DNA of 64,000 nt from an uncultured Gammaproteobacteria bacterium (GTDB taxonomy: Bacteria; Pseudomonadota; Gammaproteobacteria; JAURND01). Below the pieces are notes generated by a model. That model was not told the origin of the DNA, searched no databases, and saw only the letters and a program-made list of their open reading frames with translations. Position numbers and translations under genes: made by a program. This document shows positions 22,823-32,026 of this stretch, in pieces (position 1 is the stretch's first letter; the number at the start of each line of letters is the position of its first letter). The stretch lies in the NCBI GenBank assembly GCA_963714975.1, contig CAVQQD010000003.1, forward strand, positions 1-64,000, written 5' to 3'.

Positions 22823-22848
22823 AAATTTCCTCAGCAAGGTGCTCTTTT

Positions 22849-23635
22849 ATGCAACTACCTTTAGGTTATGATGACTTCAAAAAAATTAGAGATAAGCAAC
22901 TCGACTGGGTAGATAAAAGTTTATTTATCCAAGAAATTCTCGATGATAAAGCCACTGAAGTAACCGTGATCACCCGCCCACGCCGTTTTGGCAAAACCCT
23001 CAATCTATCAATGCTGCATTATTTTTTAGCTGCTGAAGCCTATGGGCAATCCACCCAAGGATTATTCGCTGGCTTGAAAATTGCTGCTTTGGGCGATAAA
23101 TATATGCAGCACCAAGGCCGTTATCCAGTGATCTTTATTACCTTCAAAGAAGTTAAAGATCATTTTAAAACATCTGGTCGAACAAACCTTTAGTGTCCAT
23201 GATACTTCCAAAGACTCCGAAGTGTTTTATCATGGCTTTATGATTGGCGCGACAGCGAGTTTATACCACAATCCAAATTATGAAATTAAATCGAATCGGG
23301 ACAAATCCGCAGGAAAGCGGATTTGGACGCACGCAGTGCGGGGCGAAGCCCTGAGGGACATGGATGTCCCGAATCAACCTGGTTATGGTCGCTATGATTA
23401 TATGATTTTTTCGCATGATGAAAATAAATTGACGATTATAATTGAGCTTAAGCGAGTACCCAAAGATACCCCCAATTTAGCTCAGGCATTAGCGCAAGCG
23501 GCACAACAGGCTTTGGAGCAAATGGAATTACAGAATTATGCGGCTGAAGCAAGACAGCGCGACAGAACTAAAATTCTGCAGATTGGGCTAGCCTTTTCTG
23601 GCAAGCGCTTTAAATTGCGCTGGCATTTAACGTGA
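22849..23635 (+). pseudogene. AAA-ATPase-like / PD-(D/E)XK nuclease gene with large internal deletion and repeat insertion
   Basis: LPLGYDDF..VDKSLFI..ITRPRRFGKTLNLSML, then an out-of-frame join at ~23163 to FYHGF..SNR..GYGRYD..IIELK..GLAFSGK. Confidence 0.85.
23299..23378. repeat. Three-hairpin element inserted in frame in the nuclease motif
   Basis: caaatccgc/gcggatttg, cgcac/gtgcg and gggacat/atgtccc hairpins; splits the SNRESGYGR motif. Confidence 0.75.
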
Positions 23636-23706
23636 ATTTAGTATAGAATTCCTGAAAAAATCCTACAAAATTATTTATTTGCCTCTTATAAAAACGGGAG
23701 CTTTGT

Positions 23707-24759
23707 ATGGCACAACAATTTATTCAACAAACTAGTTCACCCACTGACACGCCTCTGCCCGCAGGCACCACGCCTCAGCAGCACAATCTGTATACACCCC
23801 TCCTATTGCCTCAGGGGGGGGGTTATACGATTCTGCCCACAAACGCTCGACCACCACTGCAGCAAACGTATTCGCAAGCGGCGCCACCGCCAGGGCATGT
23901 ATACGTTCATCCATTTAGTTACCCAGGACACTTCAACCCGCAGCAGCAGCAGGCTGTGCAACCTGGAGCATTACCACAGCCACAGTATTATTATCCGCCT
24001 CAGCAGCTTCAACCGAACCCAATTCCTTTCCAGCCTCAGACACAAACCTCTTGCTGTAGTCCATGCAAAAAAGCCTTGGGGATTGGCATAGGAGTACTGG
24101 TTGCAGTATATATACTAGCGAACTATTACGAGGACATTGTCACGCAAGCCTTGAATGTTATGGCTACAAATCCACTGATGTCTGCGGTAATCGTGCTTTT
24201 AACACTCTGGCAGCTGAAGCTTCTTGCCGACAACCTAGCCACTAAAAAACAATCCACCCATATGGAGCAAAAGCCATTAACGCCGCCGCCACCCTGGCCA
24301 AAAAGGCCGATAAACCAAATGGCAGCAGCTCTCTTTGTTGCCGTGGCCGCTGTTACCGCCCTGACCTTTACTGTTCCCGCCGTAGGTGATCCAGTAAAGG
24401 CGCTGGTTGCTGAGAATTGGGTACTTTTAGCAGGAGTTGCCGTTGCCGGGTTAGCTGCGCTCTACTTCTATAATAAGCAGCCTGCACCTCAGACGGCCAA
24501 TCATAAGGCTAAGGAGGATATGAGCCAAGTAAAAAAACAAGCTTCTCTTAGCATAATTGGTTTAGCGGTGATGGGTAATTTTATCTATCAAAATCCCAGT
24601 AATTGGGGAAATATAGCAGTTTCCAGCCTGGTGCCAATCGTTGCGATGCTACTGATAATGATGTACCTGGATCTTAAAAATGGCCCGCAAAAAAATACGC
24701 AACCAACCTCAGGCGTCACCACTCCAACGGCTCCTCCGCAAATTCAACAAGCCGTTTGA
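23707..24759 (+). CDS. Pro/Gln/Tyr-rich multi-hairpin membrane protein, candidate effector
   Basis: ~115-aa PQY-rich N-terminus, SCCSPCKK, three TM pairs; paralog of 17517..18335. Confidence 0.72.
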   Translation: MAQQFIQQTSSPTDTPLPAGTTPQQHNLYTPLLLPQGGGYTILPTNARPPLQQTYSQAAPPPGHVYVHPFSYPGHFNPQQQQAVQPGALPQPQYYYPPQQLQPNPIPFQPQTQTSCCSPCKKALGIGIGVLVAVYILANYYEDIVTQALNVMATNPLMSAVIVLLTLWQLKLLADNLATKKQSTHMEQKPLTPPPPWPKRPINQMAAALFVAVAAVTALTFTVPAVGDPVKALVAENWVLLAGVAVAGLAALYFYNKQPAPQTANHKAKEDMSQVKKQASLSIIGLAVMGNFIYQNPSNWGNIAVSSLVPIVAMLLIMMYLDLKNGPQKNTQPTSGVTTPTAPPQIQQAV

Positions 24760-24779
24760 GAAAGAAGCGGGTGGGTACG

Positions 24780-25286
24780 CTAGGATTTGCCCACCCTAGA
24801 ATTTTTACGATAAATAATAAGCTGCAGACAACCCAGAACCAGCAAGGCGAGAAAGCACAGTAAAGTCCACTCTGGGATCGTTAAGCCCAACCATACCCAA
24901 GTCTCGCGACAACTTCCCCCATGTTCCAGCAGCACCTGTAAAACTTTACTCAGCGGCCATTGCTGAATTAAATAAGCAAAGCTCGGCAGACACAGGTCAT
25001 TCGCAGGTGAGGGGGGTTGGAGTTGCAACCATATTTGGCGACCTGCCACTAAAATACCCAAAATTCCCACAAAGATAGTTAATGCTGCATAAACCACGAT
25101 CCCCCAAGCTTTAGGGTTTTGAATAACGGCTAGAAATAAAACCACCGCCATAAGCCCAAACAAAATGCGTTGGATAATACAAAGAATGCAAGGCTGCAAA
25201 TGGACTTGGTACTGCAAATAAAATGCTGCACCCAATAAGATAAGGCAGACAATGAAGCCAAAAAAATTTAAATAACGTGTTGGCAT
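24780..25286 (-). CDS. dsbB: Disulfide bond formation protein B
   Basis: LQPCILCIIQR, second Cys pair, LGLTIPEW. Confidence 0.93.
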   Translation of the reverse strand: MPTRYLNFFGFIVCLILLGAAFYLQYQVHLQPCILCIIQRILFGLMAVVLFLAVIQNPKAWGIVVYAALTIFVGILGILVAGRQIWLQLQPPSPANDLCLPSFAYLIQQWPLSKVLQVLLEHGGSCRETWVWLGLTIPEWTLLCFLALLVLGCLQLIIYRKNSRVGKS

Positions 25287-26062
25287 AGTACCTCGGCAGA
25301 AGCATAGGCTGTAATCCGACCATCGGGGGTAAGGTGCAGCAATCGTCCATGGATATCGACCCCACGCGCAATTCCCAGTTGCTCGTCTTGTGCATGTTTT
25401 AACAAAATAGGCTTTTGCAACAAATAATCATAGTGATGCCATTCCTCTAAAAAGCTAGCAAATCCATGTTCAATAAATTGAGCCAAATAATTGCATAAAC
25501 TATTAATAACCATCCCAGCCACTTGATTACGCTCAAAATACCGATGCTGGATCAAATGCAACGAAGTCCAGGGTTTGTCGATTTGGGCATTAGTTGCTGC
25601 TGTCATATTGACATTCAAGCCGATGCTAATCACAGCTATAGATTGCTGCTCCATTCGCGCTTCTACATCCACTAATATTCCTGCTAATTTCCGCTCTTGA
25701 TAGAAAATATCATTTGGCCATTTAATGCCAATGTCTTCTGCCACGTCCAACTGCCGCAAGGCGTGGATAACTGCCAAACCCACCACCAAAGTTACGCCCT
25801 GTAGCGCCACTAATTTTCGTGGAAAAGACCAGGCACAAGACAGGTAAATATTTTCCCCTGGAGGGGAATACCAACTTTTATTGCCTTGCCCGACTCCCTG
25901 GCGTTGTTGTTCTACCAAAAGCACATGCGGGAAGCACAGCTGGTCCGAAGCGAGCCGAGATTTTAAATCCTGATGCGAAGAGTCTCGGCAAGCTTGCACT
26001 TCAATCACGATATTTTGTGATTCCGAAAGCCCTGAGCGGATTAACGCTGTGTCCAGAAGCAT
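25268..26062 (-). CDS. birA: Biotin--acetyl-CoA carboxylase ligase (no HTH)
   Basis: EQQRQGVGQ..WYSP, IKWPNDI, RKLAGIL, IGLNV. Confidence 0.9.
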   Translation of the reverse strand: MLLDTALIRSGLSESQNIVIEVQACRDSSHQDLKSRLASDQLCFPHVLLVEQQRQGVGQGNKSWYSPPGENIYLSCAWSFPRKLVALQGVTLVVGLAVIHALRQLDVAEDIGIKWPNDIFYQERKLAGILVDVEARMEQQSIAVISIGLNVNMTAATNAQIDKPWTSLHLIQHRYFERNQVAGMVINSLCNYLAQFIEHGFASFLEEWHHYDYLLQKPILLKHAQDEQLGIARGVDIHGRLLHLTPDGRITAYASAEVLCQHVI

Positions 26063-26071
26063 AGAGAAACT

Positions 26072-26971
26072 CTATTGCAAATTAAAAGAAATCGGTAGCT
26101 TGATATGATCTGGTAGGTGAATTAATTCCCATGCTGATTGATCAGAATGCAAAGCTTGGCATAATAAATGATTGAGTTTATGACCTGATGCATAACCAGT
26201 AAAAGAACCTAAAACACTGTGGCCCAGCGTAAACAAATCCCCTAGGGCATCCAATATCTTATGTTTCACAAACTCACGGGGATCGCGTAAACCTTCGGGA
26301 TTGACCACTTTGCTATCATCTAACACGACAGTGTTTTCTAAACTTGCTCCCCGTGCTAATTTATTTTTCAGTAAATATTCATAGTCTTTTAAAAATCCAA
26401 AGGTGCGTGCGCGACTAATTTCTTCAATATAAGAAGCGGTCGCAAAATCAATTTTCAAGCTTTGCTGGCTGCGTTGGATTGCGGGATGATCAAAGTCAAT
26501 GGTAAATGCAAATTGCCAACCCTCATGAGGCTCTACACTTGCTCTTTTGCCGTTTTTCTCGACACTGACTGGGCTTTTGATACGGATAAAAGATTTTGCT
26601 GCGTCCTGCTCACGAATTCCCGCTTGTTTTATTAATTCAATTATAGGATAGGAACTACCGTCGAAAATAGGCACTTCATCACCATCTAATTCAATATAAG
26701 CATTATCAATGCCGGTGGCCGACAGTGCCGACAGTAGATGCTCCACGGTAGCAATGCTGACATTGCCAAGACTTAAATTGGTAGAAAGATCGGTATTCGT
26801 CACAAACTGGCTGAGTGCCGATATTTCTAATTCTGGCTGAAAATCAGTACGTCTAAAAATGATCCCTTTATTTTCATCGGCAGGATGCAGGACCAAATTA
26901 ATCGCCTCACCGGAATGAATGCCTACTCCGACGGCACGCACAGCATTGTGCAAGGTTCTTTGTTTTATCAA
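26072..26971 (-). CDS. lpxC: UDP-3-O-acyl-GlcNAc deacetylase
   Basis: MIKQRTL, TVEHLLSAL, ARTFGF, HKILDALGDL. Confidence 0.98.
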   Translation of the reverse strand: MIKQRTLHNAVRAVGVGIHSGEAINLVLHPADENKGIIFRRTDFQPELEISALSQFVTNTDLSTNLSLGNVSIATVEHLLSALSATGIDNAYIELDGDEVPIFDGSSYPIIELIKQAGIREQDAAKSFIRIKSPVSVEKNGKRASVEPHEGWQFAFTIDFDHPAIQRSQQSLKIDFATASYIEEISRARTFGFLKDYEYLLKNKLARGASLENTVVLDDSKVVNPEGLRDPREFVKHKILDALGDLFTLGHSVLGSFTGYASGHKLNHLLCQALHSDQSAWELIHLPDHIKLPISFNLQ

Positions 26972-28149
26972 CCAGCCTCTCCTTCTTGCTCCTGCCGCCT
27001 TAAGAAAGCAGGTATATCGAGATAATCAATATCTTTAGAGCCTAATTCTATTGCGGCAACTTTAGACGCAGCCAGGGGTTGTTTGCGAATGACCGTGGGG
27101 CGTTCCAAGTGATGATAGTCCAAGGCTTCTGACTTGACTTCAGACTGAATTGCGGTTGCAGCAGACACTAGCCCCACCCCACTATGGCTCTTCCCCAAAC
27201 CGGTAACCACTACGGTGACCCGCATTTCAGAAGACTCGGTCATCTCGGAAGAGATGACGGTACCCACCACTACTGTGGCATTTTCAGAGGCAAAGGATTT
27301 AATCACCTCACCCACCGCCTCAAATTCGCCAATCGACATATCCAGTCCCGCAGTGATATTGACCAGCACGCCCCGGGCATCGGTAATGTCGATGTCTTCT
27401 AACAGCGGGCTAGAAATAGCTGCTTCTGCCGCTTCTTTGGCACGATTTTCACCAGAACTGATGCCAGTGCCCATCATTGCCATGCCCATTTCGGACATCA
27501 CCGTGCGCACATCAGCAAAATCGACATTAATTAAGCCAGGGCGGGTGATTAGTTCAGCAATGCCTTGGACTGCGCCCTGTAATACATTATTGACGACCTT
27601 AAAGGCATTTAATAAGGTAATATTTTTGCCTAAAACGCTAAGTAATTTATTATTCGGAATGGTAATAAGGGAGTCGACGTATTGACTTAAGGCACGAATT
27701 CCATCTTCGGCAACTTGTAAACGTTTTTTTCCTTCAAAAATAAACGGCTTGGTCACCACCGCCACCGTTAAGATGCCCAACTCCTTAGCCACCTCAGCAA
27801 ATACGGGGGCAGCACCCGTACCAGTACCTCCACCCATGCCGGCAGTAATAAATACCATATCACTACCTGACAAAATTTCATGAATACGTTCCCGATTTTC
27901 TTCCGCTGCTTTACGCCCGATTTCAGGATCGGCGCCTGCGCCTAGACCTTTGGTAATTTCCTCACCTAATTGGATGATAATTGGTGCTTTGGATTTCTTA
28001 AGTGCCTGGTTATCGGTGTTGGCGTGAACAAAATCAACGCCTTTAACGTCTTGCTCCACCATAAAGTCCACGGCATTGCCGCCACCTCCGCCAATTCCAA
28101 CTACGATAATCTTGGCGCTGTGTGGTAAATCTTCAGATAGTTCAAACAT
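26968..28149 (-). CDS. ftsZ: Cell division protein FtsZ
   Basis: GMGGGTGTG, NVDFAD, LDIPAFLR. Confidence 0.99.
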   Translation of the reverse strand: MFELSEDLPHSAKIIVVGIGGGGGNAVDFMVEQDVKGVDFVHANTDNQALKKSKAPIIIQLGEEITKGLGAGADPEIGRKAAEENRERIHEILSGSDMVFITAGMGGGTGTGAAPVFAEVAKELGILTVAVVTKPFIFEGKKRLQVAEDGIRALSQYVDSLITIPNNKLLSVLGKNITLLNAFKVVNNVLQGAVQGIAELITRPGLINVDFADVRTVMSEMGMAMMGTGISSGENRAKEAAEAAISSPLLEDIDITDARGVLVNITAGLDMSIGEFEAVGEVIKSFASENATVVVGTVISSEMTESSEMRVTVVVTGLGKSHSGVGLVSAATAIQSEVKSEALDYHHLERPTVIRKQPLAASKVAAIELGSKDIDYLDIPAFLRRQEQEGEAG

Positions 28150-28169
28150 GCTCGCGTCTCCTGGTTATT

Positions 28170-29420
28170 TTAGAAATTCCCTTGAAACCAATGCTTTACT
28201 CTTCCCCATACCCCTTTCATACCATGCCGGACTATAAGTTCTGGACTACCTTGGCCAGCATACTGTTGTTGGTAGCCGTATAATAGCAAGCCTACGCTGG
28301 TAGCATAAGTAGGACTTTCCAATATTTCCGCCAATCCTTTGACATGTTGTGGCATTCCTAAGCGCACTGGCACTTGGAATACCGACTCTGCCAATTCCAC
28401 TGCGCCCTCAATTTGACTGGCGCCCCCGGTTAGCACGATCCCCGAGCAAACTAAATCTTCCAAACCTCTGCGCCGCAATTCAGACGCTACCAACACAAAT
28501 AGTTCTTCATAGCGCGCATTAACCACGTCCGCTAATGTTTTTCTAGCAATTTGCCGTGTCGGTCGCCCTGTGGCGCTTGGCACTTCAATGCGGCCATGGG
28601 GGTCATCTTCAGCAATGAGCTCGGGCAGGGCGCAGCCAAATTTAATTTTAATATCTTCGGCATATTTAGTCGGGGTACGCAGCGCAATGGCAATATCGTT
28701 GGTGACCTGATCGCCGGCAATGGGAATGACCGCCGTATGGCGAATGGCCCCAGCAGTAAATACCGCAATATCCGTAGTACCGCCCCCGATATCGATCATC
28801 GCGACCCCTAGCTCTTTTTCATCCTCTGTCAATACGGCATAACTCGAAGCTAATTGCTCAAGAATAATGTCTTCTACCTGGAGGCCACAACGTTGTACAC
28901 ATTTCACTAGGTTTTGGGCTGCACTTACCGCGCCGGTTACAATATGCACTTTGGCTTCCAGACGAACCCCAGACATGCCTACGGGTTCACGAATGCCTTC
29001 TTGACTATCGATCGCATATTCCTGGGGAAGAATATGGAGAATCCGTTGATCGGCCGGAATTGCCACTGCTTTGGCTGCATCAATGACGCGCTCAACATCA
29101 ACTGCCAGAACTTCCTTATCCCGGATCGCTACCATGCCGTGGGAATTTAAGCTGCGGACATGGCTACCGGCAATACCGGTATAGGCAGAATTAATTTCAC
29201 ACCCAGCCATTAGCTCTGCTTCTTCAACTGCTCTTTGAATGGATTGGACGGTGGCTTCAATATTGACTACGACACCGCGCTTGAGACCAAAGGAGGGATG
29301 CGTGCCAATACCGATCACCTCGACATGACCCTCTATCCCTACCTCACCGACTAAAGCAACTACTTTGGACGTCCCGACATCCAAGCCAACGATTAAATTC
29401 TTGGGGTTTTTTCTCGACAT
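28170..29420 (-). CDS. ftsA: Cell division protein FtsA
   Basis: VGLDVGTSKV, DIGGGTTD, C-terminal WFQGNF. Confidence 0.99.
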   Translation of the reverse strand: MSRKNPKNLIVGLDVGTSKVVALVGEVGIEGHVEVIGIGTHPSFGLKRGVVVNIEATVQSIQRAVEEAELMAGCEINSAYTGIAGSHVRSLNSHGMVAIRDKEVLAVDVERVIDAAKAVAIPADQRILHILPQEYAIDSQEGIREPVGMSGVRLEAKVHIVTGAVSAAQNLVKCVQRCGLQVEDIILEQLASSYAVLTEDEKELGVAMIDIGGGTTDIAVFTAGAIRHTAVIPIAGDQVTNDIAIALRTPTKYAEDIKIKFGCALPELIAEDDPHGRIEVPSATGRPTRQIARKTLADVVNARYEELFVLVASELRRRGLEDLVCSGIVLTGGASQIEGAVELAESVFQVPVRLGMPQHVKGLAEILESPTYATSVGLLLYGYQQQYAGQGSPELIVRHGMKGVWGRVKHWFQGNF

Positions 29421-29501
29421 TTCGGTTCCTAGCGCCAATCTTCACTGTTAGGGGCAATCATAGTATTAAATCCCCTCTCCCACAACGCTTTGTTCACATT
29501 T

Positions 29502-30926
29502 TTAATCGCCGTACTTCTTCTTAAGCTTGTAAATGAGAATCGGTGGTAAACACAGGATTAGCATTCCAGCAATCAGCAATAGTTCATAGCGCCATAAGCT
29601 TCCGATATGGACTTGTGCTGGGGGAATAAAGCCCAGCGCAATGGCGGCTAAAGATGCCACTATTCCCATCAGACCTAAGATCCACATGCCAAGATTTTTA
29701 CCACCCGGTACCTGGTAATGGCGGCTCACCTCGGGCTTTTTGTAGCGTAAATAAATTCCCGCTAAAAAAAGCCCGATGTAAACCATCATTGCCAATTGCG
29801 CCGTAATGGCGGTTAATGCCCAATAAGAGCTAGCCACTGTCGGCATAAATAAAAATACTGAACAGAGTGCCGTGCAAATACCGGCTTGTAACAACAAAAT
29901 TACTACAGGTACCCCATGCCGATTAATTTTGCCAAAGATGCGTGGCGCGCTTCCGTCTAAAGTGGCTACCAATAACCCTTTCGTCGGCCCAATCACCCAG
30001 GCGGCAACCCCGCCGATGCCACCAATCACAATTAGCAGGGTAATGATTGGGATCATCCAGGTTAGGCCATAGCTATTAAAAAAAATCTGAAAGGCTTGGA
30101 GTAATCCTGTAATGACGTTTAACGTTGTGTGTGGCACGACCACGGCAATCGCAAGCGAACTTAATACAAGACTCGCGAAAATAATAATCGTCGAATAAAA
30201 AATAGCTCGCGGGTAGGATTTTCCAGGGTTCTGCACTTCATCAGCATGAACCGCTGACATTTCCATCCCGACTAGGCCAAATAAAACCGCCAAGAGAAAT
30301 GAAAGATTATGAATATTATTTAATTTGGGGAAAAACTCTTGGGCGCTAAGATTTATCTGGATTGGGTTGCCTTGTTTGAGCCAAACCAAACCCAGGCCAA
30401 TAATAAAAAACATCGGGATTAAGGTGCCGACCAGTGCTCCAATCGTGCTCATTAAACTAGAAATCCGCATTCCAAAGCAATTGACGATCGTAGCTCCCCA
30501 GAAAATAGTGAGGATAACGGCTAACATGTATAATTTGCTTTCGGCTAATTGGGGATTGATTAAATAGGCAATGGCTCCTGCCATAAAGGTCAGAATGGTC
30601 GGGTACCAGACAATGTTGTAGACCCACTGTAACCAAATCACCACAAACCCCCAGAGCTCACCAAAAGCTTCTCGCACCCAGACATACACTCCCCCTTTAT
30701 TGGGCCATCCGGTGGCTAATTCCGCAGAAACGAGGGCAGTTGGCAGGAAAAACACCACCGCAGCTAATAAATAAAAAAATACCAGTGAAAAACCATAGGT
30801 GGCACTAAAAGGCAGGCTGCGTAAGCTATCGACAGCAATAACGTTAATCATGATGAGCGAAAAAACGCTCAGGTTTTTCCTAGGTATGGCCAATTTTTTC
30901 TCCCATAAGAACGGCGTGCTCGGCAC
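29502..30926 (-). CDS. APC-family amino acid permease (start uncertain)
   Basis: ALVSAELATGWP..GGVYVWVREAFG, GMEMSAVHA, about 12 TMs. Confidence 0.9.
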   Translation of the reverse strand: MPSTPFLWEKKLAIPRKNLSVFSLIMINVIAVDSLRSLPFSATYGFSLVFFYLLAAVVFFLPTALVSAELATGWPNKGGVYVWVREAFGELWGFVVIWLQWVYNIVWYPTILTFMAGAIAYLINPQLAESKLYMLAVILTIFWGATIVNCFGMRISSLMSTIGALVGTLIPMFFIIGLGLVWLKQGNPIQINLSAQEFFPKLNNIHNLSFLLAVLFGLVGMEMSAVHADEVQNPGKSYPRAIFYSTIIIFASLVLSSLAIAVVVPHTTLNVITGLLQAFQIFFNSYGLTWMIPIITLLIVIGGIGGVAAWVIGPTKGLLVATLDGSAPRIFGKINRHGVPVVILLLQAGICTALCSVFLFMPTVASSYWALTAITAQLAMMVYIGLFLAGIYLRYKKPEVSRHYQVPGGKNLGMWILGLMGIVASLAAIALGFIPPAQVHIGSLWRYELLLIAGMLILCLPPILIYKLKKKYGD

Positions 30927-31821
30927 GCAGAGTAGGTTCCCATTCTACCTGGGGTGAGGAAAACAGCACAATCACGGTGGAGCCAAGCTGAAATCGCCCT
31001 AATTCCTCTCCTTTGTTTAAGCGGATTGAATCCGCAGGATAGTGCCAGGTGCGCACTTCCCTATTGCGTGTTGCTCCCCCTTTGAAAAAGGGGGGTAGGG
31101 GGGATTTTTCGGGGGCGATCAAGCCTGCCCAGACTGTTTCAATGCTGGCTACTATCATGGCTCCTACCAAAATAACGGCCATAGAGTCCCCAGTAGCTGT
31201 TTTAAAATGGCAAACCACGCGCTCATTTTTCGTGAATAATCCTGGGATGCCATGAACTGAAGCCGGGTTTACGGAAAATAGTCGGCCGGGAACGTAAGTC
31301 ATTTGAATTAACGTTCCGCTCAAGGGCATATGCACCCGATGGTAATCCTTGGGGGAGAGGTAGAAGGTCGCGAATGTCCTAAAATCCTCCCTCCCCCCCG
31401 AGGCTTCTTTTCCCCTCTCCCGCTTCTTTTCGTCATCCCGAGGAGCTGGCGAACGCTGCGTCCCTAACAAAGCCTCCAAACTATAATCCACCCCCTTAGC
31501 TTGAAAAATTCGACCTGTTTGAATCCGGCCTATTTGGCTGATGCGTCCATCTACCGGACAAGCAATTGCGCTGGGCTCCATCGCCAGCGGGCGCTGTTCT
31601 AAGCGAATGGCCCGAGTAAAAAAATCATTAAAATGCTTATATTGCCGTGGGTCTGGCTGTTGGGCTTGGGTCATGTCGACACCGTAGCGTTTAATAAAGC
31701 GCTCAATCAGAAAATTTTTCAGCCAAAGGATTTGGCTATGCGCAATTTGCCCTACTAGGCGAGAGAGCAGATGCTGTGGCACAATGTACTGCCAAATAGT
31801 GCGAAGGAAAGAAAATTTCAT
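30880..31821 (-). CDS. psd: Phosphatidylserine decarboxylase with two repeat-derived insertions
   Basis: FNDFFTR, YLSPKDYHRVHMP, NERV, GRFQLGSTV (LGST cleavage site). Confidence 0.97.
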   Translation of the reverse strand: MKFSFLRTIWQYIVPQHLLSRLVGQIAHSQILWLKNFLIERFIKRYGVDMTQAQQPDPRQYKHFNDFFTRAIRLEQRPLAMEPSAIACPVDGRISQIGRIQTGRIFQAKGVDYSLEALLGTQRSPAPRDDEKKRERGKEASGGREDFRTFATFYLSPKDYHRVHMPLSGTLIQMTYVPGRLFSVNPASVHGIPGLFTKNERVVCHFKTATGDSMAVILVGAMIVASIETVWAGLIAPEKSPLPPFFKGGATRNREVRTWHYPADSIRLNKGEELGRFQLGSTVIVLFSSPQVEWEPTLRAEHAVLMGEKIGHT

Positions 31822-32026
31822 TTATGAATCCTCAAGTGGTTTCATTAAAATCATTAAGATTAATTTCATAATATGGATTTCATATAGGTAAAGCCAGCTT
31901 TGTTGTGTAATTAAAACTGCGGTCAGAAGATCCCAGGGGCGTGCACGAATAACTCTGGAGTAACCTGAGCTTGGCTGAATGGTTACTATTTTGATTTTCT
32001 GCTGTCCTTCGTCATTGCGAGGAGCC

